64,000 bases of DNA, taken from contig JAUCBJ010000816.1 of assembly GCA_032718475.1 (NCBI GenBank), forward strand, positions 1 to 64,000, given 5' to 3'. This DNA is from Nemertoderma westbladi. Taxonomy: Eukaryota; Animalia; Xenacoelomorpha. The position numbers were made by a program, and so were the translations under genes. The notes under the pieces are model-generated. The model did not search any database. It saw nothing but the letters and a program-made list of their open reading frames with translations, and was not told the DNA's origin. Positions 14,601 to 27,083 of this stretch are shown one piece after another (the stretch's first letter is position 1; each line of letters opens with the position of its first letter).

Positions 14601-17600
14601 TAAATAGTTTCTATTGGCTAACCTCGTGGTTCCATTATAAAGTGTTTCTATTGGCTAACCTCGTGGTTCCATTATAAAGTGTTTCTATTGGCTAACCTCG
14701 TGGTTCAATTATAAACTGTTTCTATTGGCTAACCTTGTGGTTCAATTATAAATAGTTTCTATTGGCTAACCTCGTGGTTCCATTATAAAGTGTTTTTATT
14801 GGCTAACCTCGTGGTTCCATTATAAAGAGTTTCTATTGGCTAACCTCGTGGTTTTATAAGAATGTGTTTCTATTGGCTAACCTCGTGGTTCCATTATAAA
14901 GTGTTTCTATTGGCTAACTTCGTGGTTCAATTATAAAGTGTTTCTAATGGCGAACCTCGTAGTTTCAGGAGAAAGTGTTTCTATTGGCTAACCTCGTGGT
15001 TTTATAAGAATGTGTTTCTATTGGCTAACCTCGTGGTTCCATTATAAAGTGTTTCTATTGGCTAACCTCGTGGTTTCAGTATAAAGTGTTTCTATTGGCT
15101 AACCTCGTGGTTTCAGTATAAAGTGTTTCTATTGGCTAACCTCGTGGTTCCATTATAAAGTGTTTCTATTGGCTAACCTCGTGGTTTCAGTATAAAGTGT
15201 TTCTATTGGCTAACCTCGTGGTTTCAGTATAAAGTGTTTCTATTTGCTAACCTCGCGGTTTCAGTATAAAGTGTTTCTATTGTCTAACCTCGTGATTCCA
15301 TTATAAAGTGTTTCTATTGGCTAACCTCGTGGTTTCAGTATAAAGTGTTTCTATTCGCTAACCTCGTGGTTTTATAAGAATGTTTCTATTGGCTAACCTC
15401 GTGGTTTTATAAGAATGTTTCTATTGGCTAACCTCGTGGTTCAATTATAAACTGTTTCTATTGGCTAACCTTGTGGTTCAATTATAAATAGTTTCTATTG
15501 GCTAACCTCGTGGTTCCATTATAAAGTGTTTCTATTGGCTAACCTCGTGGTTCAATTATAAACTGTTTCTATTGGCTAACCTTGTGGTTCAATTATAAAT
15601 AGTTTCTATTGGCTAACCTCGTGGTTCCATTATAAAGTGTTTCTATTGGCTAACCTCGTGGTTCCATTATAAAGAGTTTCTATTGGCTAACCTCGTGGTT
15701 TTATAAGAATGTGTTTCTATTGGCTAACCTCGTGGTTCCATTATAAAGTGTTTCTATTGGCTAACTTCGTGGTTCAATTATAAAGTGTTTCTAATGGCGA
15801 ACCTCGTAGTTTCAGGAGAAAGTGTTTCTATTGGCTAACCTCGTGGTTCCATTATAAAGTGTTTCTATTGGCTAACCTCGTGGTTTCAGTATAAAGTGTT
15901 TCTATTGGCTAACCTCGTGGTTTCAGTATAAAGTGTTTCTATTTGCTAACCTCGCGGTTTCAGTATAAAGTGTTTCTATTGTCTAACCTCGTGATTCCAT
16001 TATAAAGTGTTTCTATTGGCTAACCTCGTGGTTTCAGTATAAAGTGTTTCTATTCGCTAACCTCGTGGTTTTATAAGAATGTTTCTATTGGCTAACCTCG
16101 TGGTTTTATAAGAATGTTTCTATTGTCTAACCTCGTGATTCCATTATAAAGTGTTTCTATTGGCTAACCTCGTGGTTTCAGTATAAAGTGTTTCTATTCG
16201 CTAACCTCGTGGTTTATAAGAATGTTTCTATTGGCTAACCTCGTGGTTTTATAAGAATGTTTCTATTGGCTAACCTCGTGGTTCAATTATAAAGTGTCCC
16301 TATTGGCTAACCTCGTGGTTCAATTATAAAGTGTTTCTATTGGCTAACCTCGTGGACCAATTATAAAGTGTTTCTATTGGTTAACCTCGTGGTTTTATAA
16401 GAATGTTTCTATTGCTAACCTCGTGGTTTTATAAGAATGTTTATATTGGCTAACCTCTTGGTTCAATTATAAAGTGTTTCTATTGGCTAACCTCGTGGTT
16501 CAATTATAAAATGTTTCTATTGGCTAACCTCGTGGTTCAATTATAAAGTGTCTTTATTGGCTAACCTCGTGGTTCAATTATACAGAGTTTCTTGGCTAAC
16601 CTCGTGGTTTTATAAAAATGTGTTTCTATTGGCTAACCTCGTGGTTGTTCCATTATAAAGTGTTTCTATTGGCTAACCTCGTGGTTTCAGTATAAAGTGT
16701 TTCTATTGGCTAACCTCGTGGTTCAATTATAAAGTGTTTCTATTAGCTAACCTCGTGGTTCAATTATAAACTGTTTCTATTGGCTAACCTCGTGGTTCAA
16801 TTATAAACTGTTTCTATTGGCTAACCTCGTGGTTCAATTATAAAGTGTTTCTATTGGCTAACCTCGTGGTTCAATTATAAAGTGTTTCTATTGGCTAACC
16901 TCGTGGTTTCAGGAGAAAGTGTTTCTATTGGCTAACCTCGTGGTACCATTATAAAGTGTTTATATTGGCTAACCTCGTGGTTTTATAAGAATGTTTTTAT
17001 TGGCTAACCTCGTGGTTCAATTATAATGTGTTTCTGTTGGCTAACCTCGTGGTTCAATTATAAAGTATTTCTATTGACTAACCTCGTGGTTCAATTATAA
17101 AGTGTTTCTATTGGCTAACCTCGTGGTTTTATAAGAATGTAAGTGTCTCTATTGGCTAACCTCGTGGTTCAATTATAAAGTATTTCTATTGACTAACCTC
17201 GTGGTTCAATTATAAAGTGTTTCTATTGGCTAACCTCGTGGTTTTATAAGAATGTAAGTGTCTCTATTGGCTAACCTCGTGGTTCAATTATAAAGTATTT
17301 CTATTGACTAACCTCGTGGTTCAATTATAAAGTGTTTCTATTGGCTAACCTCGTGGTTTTATAAGAATGTTTCTATTGGCTAACCTCGTGGTTTCAGGAG
17401 AAAGTGTTTCTATTGGCTAACCTCGTGGTACCATTATAAAGTGTTTATATTGGCTAACCTCGTGGTTTTATAAGAATGTTTTTATTGGCTAACCTCGTGG
17501 TTCAATTATAATGTGTTTCTGTTGGCTAACCTCGTGGTTCAATTATAAAGTATTTCTATTGACTAACCTCGTGGTTCAATTATAAAGTGTTTATATTGGC

Positions 17601-20600
17601 TAACCTCGTGGTTTTATAAGAATGTTTTTATTGGCTAACCTCGTGGTTCAATTATAATGTGTTTCTGTTGGCTAACCTCGTGGTTCAATTATAAAGTGTT
17701 TCTATTGGCTAACCTCGTGGTTTTATAAGAATGTTTCTATTGGCTAACCTCGTGGTTTCAGGAGAAAGTGTTTCTATTGGCTAACCTCGTGGTACCATTA
17801 TAAAGTGTTTATATTGGCTAACCTCGTGGTTTTATAAGAATGTTTTTATTGGCTAACCTCGTGGTTCAATTATAATGTGTTTCTGTTGGCTAACCTCGTG
17901 GTTCAATTATAAAGTATTTCTATTGACTAACCTCGTGGTTCAATTATAAAGTGTTTATATTGGCTAACCTCGTGGTTTTATAAGAATGTTTTTATTGGCT
18001 AACCTCGTGGTTCAATTATAATGTGTTTCTGTTGGCTAACCTCGTGGTTCAATTATAAAGTATTTCTATTGACTAACCTCGTGGTTCAATTATAAAGTGT
18101 TTCTACTGGCTAACCTCGTGGTTCAATTATAAAGTGTTTCTATTGGCTAACGCCGTGGTTCAATTATAAAGTGTTTCTATTGGCTAACCTCGTGGTTCAA
18201 TTATAAAGTGTTTCTATTGGCTAACCTCGTGGTTTTATAAGAATGTTTCTATTGGCTAACCTCGTGGTTTTATAAGAATGTTTCTATTGGCTAACCTCGT
18301 GGTTCAATTATAAAGTGTTTCTATTGGCTAACCTCGTGGTTTTATAAGAATGTTTCTATTGGCTAACCTCGTGGTTTTATAAGAATGTTTCTATTGGCTA
18401 ACCTCGTGGTTCAATCATAAAGTGTTTCTATTGGTTAACCTCGTGGTTTTATAAGAATGTTTCTATTGCTAACCTCGTGGTTTTATAAGAATGTTTTTAT
18501 TGGCTAACCTCGTGGTTCAATTATAAAGTGTTTCTATTGGCTAACCTCGTGGTTTCAGTATAAAGTGTTTCTATTGGCTAACCTCGTGGTTCAATTATAA
18601 AGTGTTTCTATTGGCTAACCTCGTGGTTTTATAAGAATGTTTCTATTGGCTAACCTCGTGGTTTTATAAGAATGTTTCTATTGGCTAACCTCGTGGTTCA
18701 ATTATAAAGTGTTTCTATTGGCTAACCTCGTGGTTTTATAAGAATGTTTCTATTGGCTAACCTCGTGGTTTTATAAGAATGTTTCTATTGGCTAACCTCG
18801 TGGTTCAATCATAAAGTGTTTCTATTGGTTAACCTCGTGGTTTTATAAGAATGTTTCTATTGCTAACCTCGTGGTTTTATAAGAATGTTTTTATTGGCTA
18901 ACCTCGTGGTTCAATTATAAAGTGTTTCTATTGGCTAACCTCGTGGTTTCAGTATAAAGAGTTTCTATTGGCTAACCTCGTGGTTTTATAAGAATGTAAG
19001 TGTCTCTATTGGCTAACCTCGTGGTTCAATTATAAAGTGTTTCTATTGGCTAACCTCGTGGTTCAATTATAAAGTGTTTCTATTGGCTAACCTCGTGGTT
19101 TTATAAGAATGTTTTTATTGGCTAACCTCGTGGTTCAATTATAAAGTGTTTCTATTTGCTAACCTCGTGGTTCAATTATAAAGTGTTTCTATTGGCTAAC
19201 CTCGTGGTTTTTTAAGAATGTAAGTGTCTCTATTGGCTAACCTCGTCGTTCAATTATAAAGTGTTTCTATTGGCTAACCTCGTGGTTTCAGTATAAAGTG
19301 TTTCTATTGGCTAACCTCGTGGTTCAATTATAAAGTGTTTCTATTGGCTAACCTCGTGGTTTTATAAGAAAGTAAGTGTTTCTATTGGCTAACCTCGTGG
19401 TTCAATTATAAAGTGTTTATATTGGCTAACCTCGTGGTTTCAGTATAAAGTGTTTCTATTGGCTAACCTCGTGGTTTTATAAGTAAGAATGTTTTTATTG
19501 GCTAACCTCGTGGTTCAATTATAAAGTGTTTCTACTTGCTAACCTCGTGGTTTTATAAGAATGTTTCTATTGGCTAACCTCGTGGTTCAATTATAAACTG
19601 TTTCTATTGGCTAACCTCGTGGTTTCAGTATAAAGTGTTTATATTGGCTAACCTCGTGGTTTCAGTAGAAAGTGTTTCTATTGGCTAACCTCGTGGTTTC
19701 AGTATAAAGTGTTTCTATTGGCTAAACTCGTGGTTTCAGTATAAAGTGTTTCTATGGGCTAACCTCGTGGTTTTATAAAAATGTCTCTATTGGCTAATCT
19801 CGTGGTTCGATTATAAACTGTTTCTATTGGCTAACCTCGTGGTTCAATTATAAAGTGTTTCTGTTGGCTAACCTCGTGGTTTTATAAGAATGTTTCGATT
19901 GGCCAACCTCGTGGTATCAGTATAAAGTGTTTCTATTGGCTAACCTCGTGGTTTCAGTATAAAGTGTTTCTATTGGCTAACCTCGTGGTTTCAGTATAAA
20001 GTGTTTCTATTGGCTAACCTCGTGGGTTTATAAGAACGTTTCTATTGGCTACCCTCGTGGTTTTATAAGAATGTGTTTCTATTGGCTAACCTCGTGGTTC
20101 CATTATAAAGTGTTTCTATTGGCTAACTTCGTGGTTCAATTATAAAGTGTTTATATTGGCTAACCTTGTGGTTCAATTATAAAGAGTTTCTATTGGCTAA
20201 CCTCGTGGTTTTATAAGAATGTGTTTCTATTGGCTAACCTCGTGGTTCCATTATAAAGTGTTTCTATTGGCTAACCTCGTGGTACAATTATAAAGAGTTT
20301 CTATTGGCTAACCTCGTGGTTCCATTTTAAAGTGTTTCTATTGGCTAACCTCGTGGTTCAATTATAAAGTGTTTCTATTGGCTAACCTCGTGGTTCAATT
20401 ATAAAGTGTTTCTATTGGCTAACCTCGTGGTTCAATTATAAAGTGTTTCTACTGGCTAACCTCGTGGTTCAATTATAAAGTGTTTCTATTGGCTAACCTT
20501 GTGGTTCAATTATAAAGTGTTTCTACTGGCTAACCTCGTGGTTCAATTATAAAGTGTTTCTACTGGCTAACCTCGTGGTTCAATTATAAAGTGTTTCTAT

Positions 20601-23600
20601 TGGCTAACCCCGTGGTTCAATTATAAAGTGTTTCTATTGGCTAACCTCGTGGTTCAATTATAAAGTGTTTCTATTGGCTAACCTCGTGGTTTTATAAGAA
20701 TGTTTCTATTGGCTAACCTCGTGGTTTTATAAGAATGTTTCTATTGGCTAACCTCGTGGTTCAATTATAAAGTGTTTCTATTGGCTAACCTCGTGGTTTT
20801 ATAAGAATGTTTCTATTGGCTAACCTCGTGGTTTTATAAGAATGTTTCTATTGGCTAACCCCGTGGTTCAATTATAAAGTGTTTCTATTGGCTAACCTCG
20901 TGGTTCAATTATAAAGTGTTTCTACTTGCTAACCTCGTGGTTTTATAAGAATGTTTCTATTGGCTAACCTCGTGGTTTTATAAGAATGTGTTTCTATTGG
21001 CTAACCTCATGGTTCCATTATAAAGTGTTTCTATTGGCTAACCTCGTGGTTCAATTATAAAGTGTTTCTATTGGCTAACCTCGTGGTTCAATTATAAAGT
21101 GTTTCTACTGGCTAACCTCGTGGTTCAATTATAAAGTGTTTCTATTGGCTAACCTCGTGGTTCAATTATAAAGTGTTTCTACTGGCTAACCTCGTGGTTC
21201 AATTATAAAGTGTTTCTACTGGCTAACCTCGTGGTTCAATTATAAAGTGTTTCTATTGGCTAACCCCGTGGTTCAATTATAAAGTGTTTCTATTGGCTAA
21301 CCTCGTGGTTCAATTATAAAGTGTTTCTATTGGCTAACCTCGTGGTTTTATAAGAATGTTTCTATTGGCTAACCTCGTGGTTTTATAAGAATGTTTCTAT
21401 TGGCTAACCCCGTGGTTCAATTATAAAGTGTTTCTATTGGCTAACCTCGTGGTTCAATTATAAAGTGTTTCTATTGGCTAACCTCGTGGTTTTATAAGAA
21501 TGTTTCTATTGGCTAACCTCGTGGTTCAATTATAAAGTGTTTCTATTGGCTAACCTCGTGGTTTTATAAGAATGTTTCTATTGGCTAACCTCGTGGTTTT
21601 ATAAGAATGTTTCTATTGGCTAACCTCGTGGTTCAATTATAAAGTGTTTCTATTGGTTAACCTCGTGGTTTTATAAGAATGTTTCTATTGCTAACCTCGT
21701 GGTTTTATAAGAATGTTTTTATTGGCTAACCTCGTGGTTCAATTATAAAGTGTTTCTATTGGCTAACCTCGTGGTTTCAGTATAAAGTGTTTCTATTGGC
21801 TAACCTCGTGGTTTTATAAGAATGTAAGTGTCTCTATTGGCTACCTCGTGGTTCAATTATAAAGTGTTTCTATTGGCTAACCTCGTGGTTCAATTATAAA
21901 GTGCTTCTATTGGCTAACCTCGTGGTTTTATAAGAATGTTTTTATTGGCTAACCTCGTGGTTCAATTATAAAGTGTTTCTATTGGCTAACCTTGTGGTTC
22001 AATTATAAAGTGTTTCTATTGGCTAACCTCGTGGTTCCATTATAAAGTGTTTCTATTGGCTAACCTCGTGGTTTCAGTATAAAGTGTTTCTACTTGCTAA
22101 CCTCGTGGTTCAATTATAAAGTGTTTCTATTGGCTAACCTCGTGGTTTCACTATAAAGTGTTTCTATTGGCTAACCTCGTGGTTTCAGTATAAAGTGTTT
22201 CTATTGGCTAACCTCGTGGTTCAATTATAAAGTGTTTCTATTGGCTAACCTCGTGGTTTTATAAGAAAGTAAGTGTTTCTATTGGCTAACCTCGTGGTTC
22301 AATTATAAAGTGTTTCTATTGGCTAACCTCGTGGTTTCAGTATAAAGTGTTTCTATTGGCTAACCTCGTAGTTTTATAAGTAAGAATGTTTTTATTGGCT
22401 AACCTCGTGGTTCAATTATAAAGTGTTTCTACTTGCTAACCGCGTGGTTTTATAAGAATGTTTCTATTGGCTAACCTCGGGGTTCAATTATAAAGTGTTT
22501 CTATTGGCTAACCTCGTGGTTCAATTATAAAGTGTTTCTATTGGCTAACCTCGTGGTTCAATTATAAAGTGTTTCTACTGGCTAACTTCGTGGTTCGATT
22601 ATAAAGTGTTTCTATTGGCTAACCTCGTAGTTCAATTATAAAGTGTTTCTATTGGCTAACGTCGTGGTTGTATAAGAATGTTTCTATTGGCTAACTTCGT
22701 GGTTCAATTATAAAGTGTTTCTATTGGCTAACCTCGTGGTTCAATTATAAAGTGTTTCTACTGGCTAACCTCGTGGTTCAATTATAAAGTGTTTCTATTG
22801 GCTAACCTCGTGGTTTTATAAGAAAGTAAGTGTTTCTATTGGCTAACCTCGTGGTTCAATTATAAAGTGTTTCTATTGGCTAACCTCGTGGTTTCAGTAT
22901 AAAGTGTTTCTATTGGCTAACCTCGTGGTTCAATTATAAAGTGTTTCTATTGGCTAACCTCGTGGTTTTATAAGAAAGTAAGTGTTTCTATTGGCTAACC
23001 TCGTGGTTCAATTATTAAGTGTTTCTATTGGCTAACCTCGTGGTTCAATTATAAAGTGTTTCTATTGGCTAACCTCGTGGTTTCAGTATAAAGTGTTTCT
23101 ATTGGCTAACCTCGTGGTTTTATAAGAATGTTTCTATTGGCTAACCTCGTGGTTCAATTATAAAGTGTTTCTACTTGCTAACCTCGTGGTTCAATTATAA
23201 AGTGTTTCTATTGGCTAACCTCGTGGTTCAATTATAAAGAGTTTCCATTGGCTAACCTCGTGGTTTCAGTATAAAGTGTTTCTATTGGCTAACCTCGCGG
23301 TTTCAGTATAAAGTGTTTCTATTGTCTAACCTCGTGGTTTTATAAGAATGTTTCTATTGGCTAACCTCGTGGTTCAATTATAAAGTGTTTCTATTGGCTA
23401 ACCTCGTGGTCCAATTATAAAGTGTTTCTATTGGCTAACCTCGTGGTTCAATTATAAAGTGTTTCTATTGGCTAACCTCGTGGATCCATTATACAGTGTT
23501 TCTAATGGCTAACCTCGTGGTTCAATTATAAAGTGTCCCTATTGGCTAACCTCGTGGTTCAATTATAAAGTGTTTCTATTGGCTAACCTCGTGGATCCAT

Positions 23601-23725
23601 TATACAGTGTTTCTAATGGCTAACCTCGTGGTTCAATTATAAAGTGTCCCTATTGGCTTACCTCGTGATTTTATAAGAATGTTTATATTGGCTAACCTCG
23701 TGGTTTCAGGAGAAAGTGTTTCTAT
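11680..23725. repeat. 35-41-bp (mostly 37-bp) tandem satellite (~330 units) filling CFAP70 intron 3
   Basis: Constant core TGTTTCTATTGGCTAACCTCGTGGTT with a few recurring variable segments (CAATTATAAAG, TCAGTATAAAG, CCATTATAAAG, TTATAAGAA, TCAGGAGAAAG). The last 29 nt overlap exon 3. Confidence 0.98.
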
Positions 23726-23877
23726 GGGAGACCCTGGAGTTGGGTGGATCAGCTGGCTGAATTCCAATCGAGTCTCTCCCCTCAGTAAATTAACCAATGG
23801 GAAGGACGATTGACCCAATACCAAGGTCTTTTCCTCTTTTTGTTTTTTCTCTTTCGGCAAAATTTCCGTAATAGTCA
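23697..23877 (-). CDS. CFAP70: CFAP70 coding exon 3 (VTITEILPKEKKQKEEKTLVLGQSSFPLVNLLRGETRLEFSQLIHPTPGSPIETLSPETT)
   Basis: The motif TE(I/V)LPKEKKQKEEKTL(V/I)LGQ...HPxxGSP(I/L)ET is characteristic of CFAP70/TTC18 as recalled. Acceptor ttacttcAG, donor GAG|GTTAGC; 181 nt; phases fit both neighbours. Confidence 0.92.
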
Positions 23878-24088
23878 CTGAAGTAAATAAATTAACGTAA
23901 AAAATATCCTAAAAATTCACTATAACTAAAATCGAATTAATTTGGATATAGTCCGAAAGAGGAAGGCGCTACACTTGAAGGAATCCGCCATCCATCAAAT
24001 AAAACATTAAACTGTTCAATTAATTATTGTTTAAAAAACCGTCAATATCCGAGTACCGGTATACCAGTTTATACAGCCCTATACTTAC

Positions 24089-24284
24089 CCAGTACAGGTC
24101 TGTAAGCGATTTCGTCCAGTGTATAAGGCCCCGATCCCTCGAACAGACATTCCATCTGGCTGTTGAACCCGTATTCAGCGGTTAGACTTGGCGCAGACGA
24201 TTCGCATTTTGGCGATTCACCTAAAACTTGGAATCCAAATTCAACTTTCACGGAAGATGTAACAGATTCGCCTTTCACTCCGCG
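24089..24284 (-). CDS. CFAP70: CFAP70 coding exon 2 (RGVKGESVTSSVKVEFGFQVLGESPKC...TLDEIAYRPVL)
   Basis: Acceptor tttttacctgcAG, donor G|GTAAGT; 196 nt (65x3+1). Resembles the recalled CFAP70 KGFKGD...AEFNQVVLGDSAK...DDLAHKPV segment. Confidence 0.9.
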
Positions 24285-24402
24285 CTGCAGGTAAAAATTA
24301 TTCAATTAATTTTAATAATGAATAACTTCAATCTTAAAATTTAATATTAATATTAGGCTGGTTTCGCAACCCGTCACGCTTTGGGGATGATATTAAACTC
24401 AC

Positions 24403-24477
24403 CAGATTCCGTGCCCTCGCCACTGTTATCTGTATGGGCTGAGAAGGGCGGCCCTTCAGGAAATCCTCATCAGCCAT
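24403..24477 (-). CDS. CFAP70: CFAP70 first coding exon (MADEDFLKGRPSQPIQITVARARNL)
   Basis: aaaATGG start, 75 nt, donor CTG|GTGAGT, phase 0 into exon 2. The QITV motif matches the CFAP70 N-terminus as recalled. Confidence 0.85.
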
Positions 24478-24941
24478 TTTAGGTTTGTCTGCCGGAATTC
24501 GCTTAATAAACCAGATAGAAACGAAGACAAACAGTTATATTTAATAATAAATAATTTCGGTATAAAATATATTAGGCCTAAATAAATATTGTAAGCAAAT
24601 TGCAAATAGAGATGGTAAACCCGGTTAAAAAAATCTAACTGCTGTAAGCCTATTAGTCCGTAATTTCAACACTATTCGCTATTATTGTGGCGTGACTGAT
24701 TCACGCGACGTGTAAATCAAGGACGAGGCTCAAAAGGTCGTCCATCTTTCGTTAGTAGAATACCGGTAAATAAATGCATCCTATATCTCTGTACCGGAAC
24801 ATATTGTATGTGTATTATACGCTAAATCTAAATGTACAGGATATTATACAAATACAATTAATGCCTAACAGTGGCTACCGGTAAGAGTATCTGATGTGTG
24901 CTAACAGCTGATGTAGGAATCATAAAGTTACAGCGTATATA

Positions 24942-24954
24942 GTAACTAGGCAAC
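24942..24954. promoter_or_regulatory. Candidate RFX X-box upstream of CFAP70
   Basis: GTAACTAGGCAAC (reverse complement GTTGCCTAGTTAC), ~465 bp upstream of the ATG of a ciliary gene. A second X-box-like GTTGCCTAGCAGC lies at 25493-25505. Confidence 0.55.
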
Positions 24955-27083
24955 GATCCCAATAAAGCATGGGGCGCCATCTACCAACAATAATAATTAG
25001 TGTTTAAGAATACATCATTAATGGTAGGATAGAATTGAATAATGATTAAGACTAAAAGTAAGAAGACGCAACAAGTTCGTAACATCGTAGGAATTATACA
25101 TTTTGTACAATGTTAGCGTTAGGAATAACTCATCATGCTATACAACATTTTCATTCAGTTCCCCCAATACATAACTCGCAGTATGATGCGAGTTATTGCT
25201 TAGAGCTAATTTCTCATTAAATATTATTGTAAAATTTTATATTTAATGTTAAATAAAGTATAAATATTTTAACTATGCTCTCGAATCCTTATCAACCTCG
25301 CTACGCTCCGCTTGCTAAATAAAATATCTCGAGTTAAATTTTAATTATTATTCATTTTCCATTAATTAATACAGCATATTAACGTTGAGGCGAGATATTA
25401 ATTCGAATTTTTATCAGAGAATCATTCAATTTCTGTGCGTATAACATTTATGCCTAACTCGTGTTGTATACCACCGTGAACCTTGTTTATATGTTGCCTA
25501 GCAGCAGTTGTGGTAGTGCTTAACTCTCATTGGTAACTACCGGTGCAGGTATTCTTGCGTCCTATTGGCTGTTCTATTTTGCAGTATTACTTGTTTATAT
25601 AGTCGATATTCATCCCATTACTCTCAGGCGTAACCTAACATATATTAGCCTGTTGCGAGTCATTGTAACTACCGGACTCATAATATTTCACCTTGCTGTG
25701 TGCATAGTAACTTGCTGCATACATTGTAGCTTGCTGCATGCATTTTAACATCTTGCTGAATTACATTGTTAACTTGTTGCATATATTATTGCTTTACTAT
25801 TGTTGATGAATATACAAGACCAGAGATCAAACCAACTCGATTTCCACACGGTTAGTGCTGACTGCGCCCTGTCTGTAATAAATTCGGTTCATTTTAGTGC
25901 GAGTGTGTGCGTCCATAGTACTGCAATATTATTCCCCAACTGGCAACTAACATCTATTGACACTATGTATGCAGTGTAATATATGTAATATGCAGTGTAT
26001 GCCTGTAATATATGTAAGTCACACGTACATTTACTCGCCAACAACACAATATAACGGAACGGTTTACACGTAACTGTCATTTTATTCCCTTGAAGCAGTT
26101 TATAAGTACCGAAGCTTTATACTTACAGTAACTGGTTGTACATTCAGTTCAGATATATATATTAGATAATATATATATATACACATACTTTCGTGAGTGT
26201 TCCTGTTGTGCGGCAGGTACCCCAAGGCACTTGATAACACTCATAAGAGTTACAGACAGACTCGTAACGGCATCTGTAGGTCAGCCTCCCGTTAAAGCCT
26301 TGACACAAGGAAATTTCATAAATTCCATTAATGTTAGTGCAGATTTTTCACATAATTAAATTGTGATTGCTCTATTGATTTTAGGTGTAATTTATTTTAT
26401 TTCTTTTAGTTTGAAAACCACAATAGTTTACCATATAACGAATGAATTTTTTTGGAATAAGGGTTTTTGAGGTCGATAAATCCGATGGGCGAGGTTACAT
26501 CCACCCGTTTAGTAGAGAAGTTGTGTAAATTATATTATACCTTATATTGTACCAGCAAAATTGGTATTAAAAATTGATAAATTATTAGATAAATTTCCGT
26601 TGCTCTGGAAACTAAATTGGTAACTACTGTATATAGAAGTGCATACTTCTGTCAATCGATACTCATTAGAGTAAAGTTTGTCTGTACAAAATTTGGAGAA
26701 AATCCCACCAATAGACCCCTTGTTGATTCTCAAATGCTTGACCAAAAATTGGTTTGGACGAATTGCGAATTTGTTATGGCTTGACCCCCTTTTTCAGCTA
26801 GATTGACTCGCCTATAGTAGGAAAACGCAAATATAATAAGAATGTAACAGTTTACAAAGTTAATATGAAATTGTATTTAATGGGTCAATGATTATCATAA
26901 ACTTTGATATTTAAAAATAAATATATTCTTTAAGTGGCAACGATATGGGCGTTTAAATAGTGAAATTATTTTATATTTATCTTAGAAATAGGCCGCCTAC
27001 ACACAATTCTACTGTAGTTAACATGTAAGTTGCTTAATTTTATGAGACACCAGACAATGGTGAGGGGTGCGGTGCTGCCTCAA

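Noticed and set aside
11680-23725. CRISPR-like look (constant repeat plus variable segment)
   Set aside because: The variable parts are only 9-15 nt and reused many times, there are no cas genes, and the array lies in a eukaryotic intron and derives from the exon end.
23633-24305. ORF-track entries 23633-23878 and 24069-24305 as standalone genes
   Set aside because: They are CFAP70 exons with intronic read-through at the ends.
26542-26745. 67-aa minus-strand ORF
   Set aside because: No recognisable motif and no convincing splice context.
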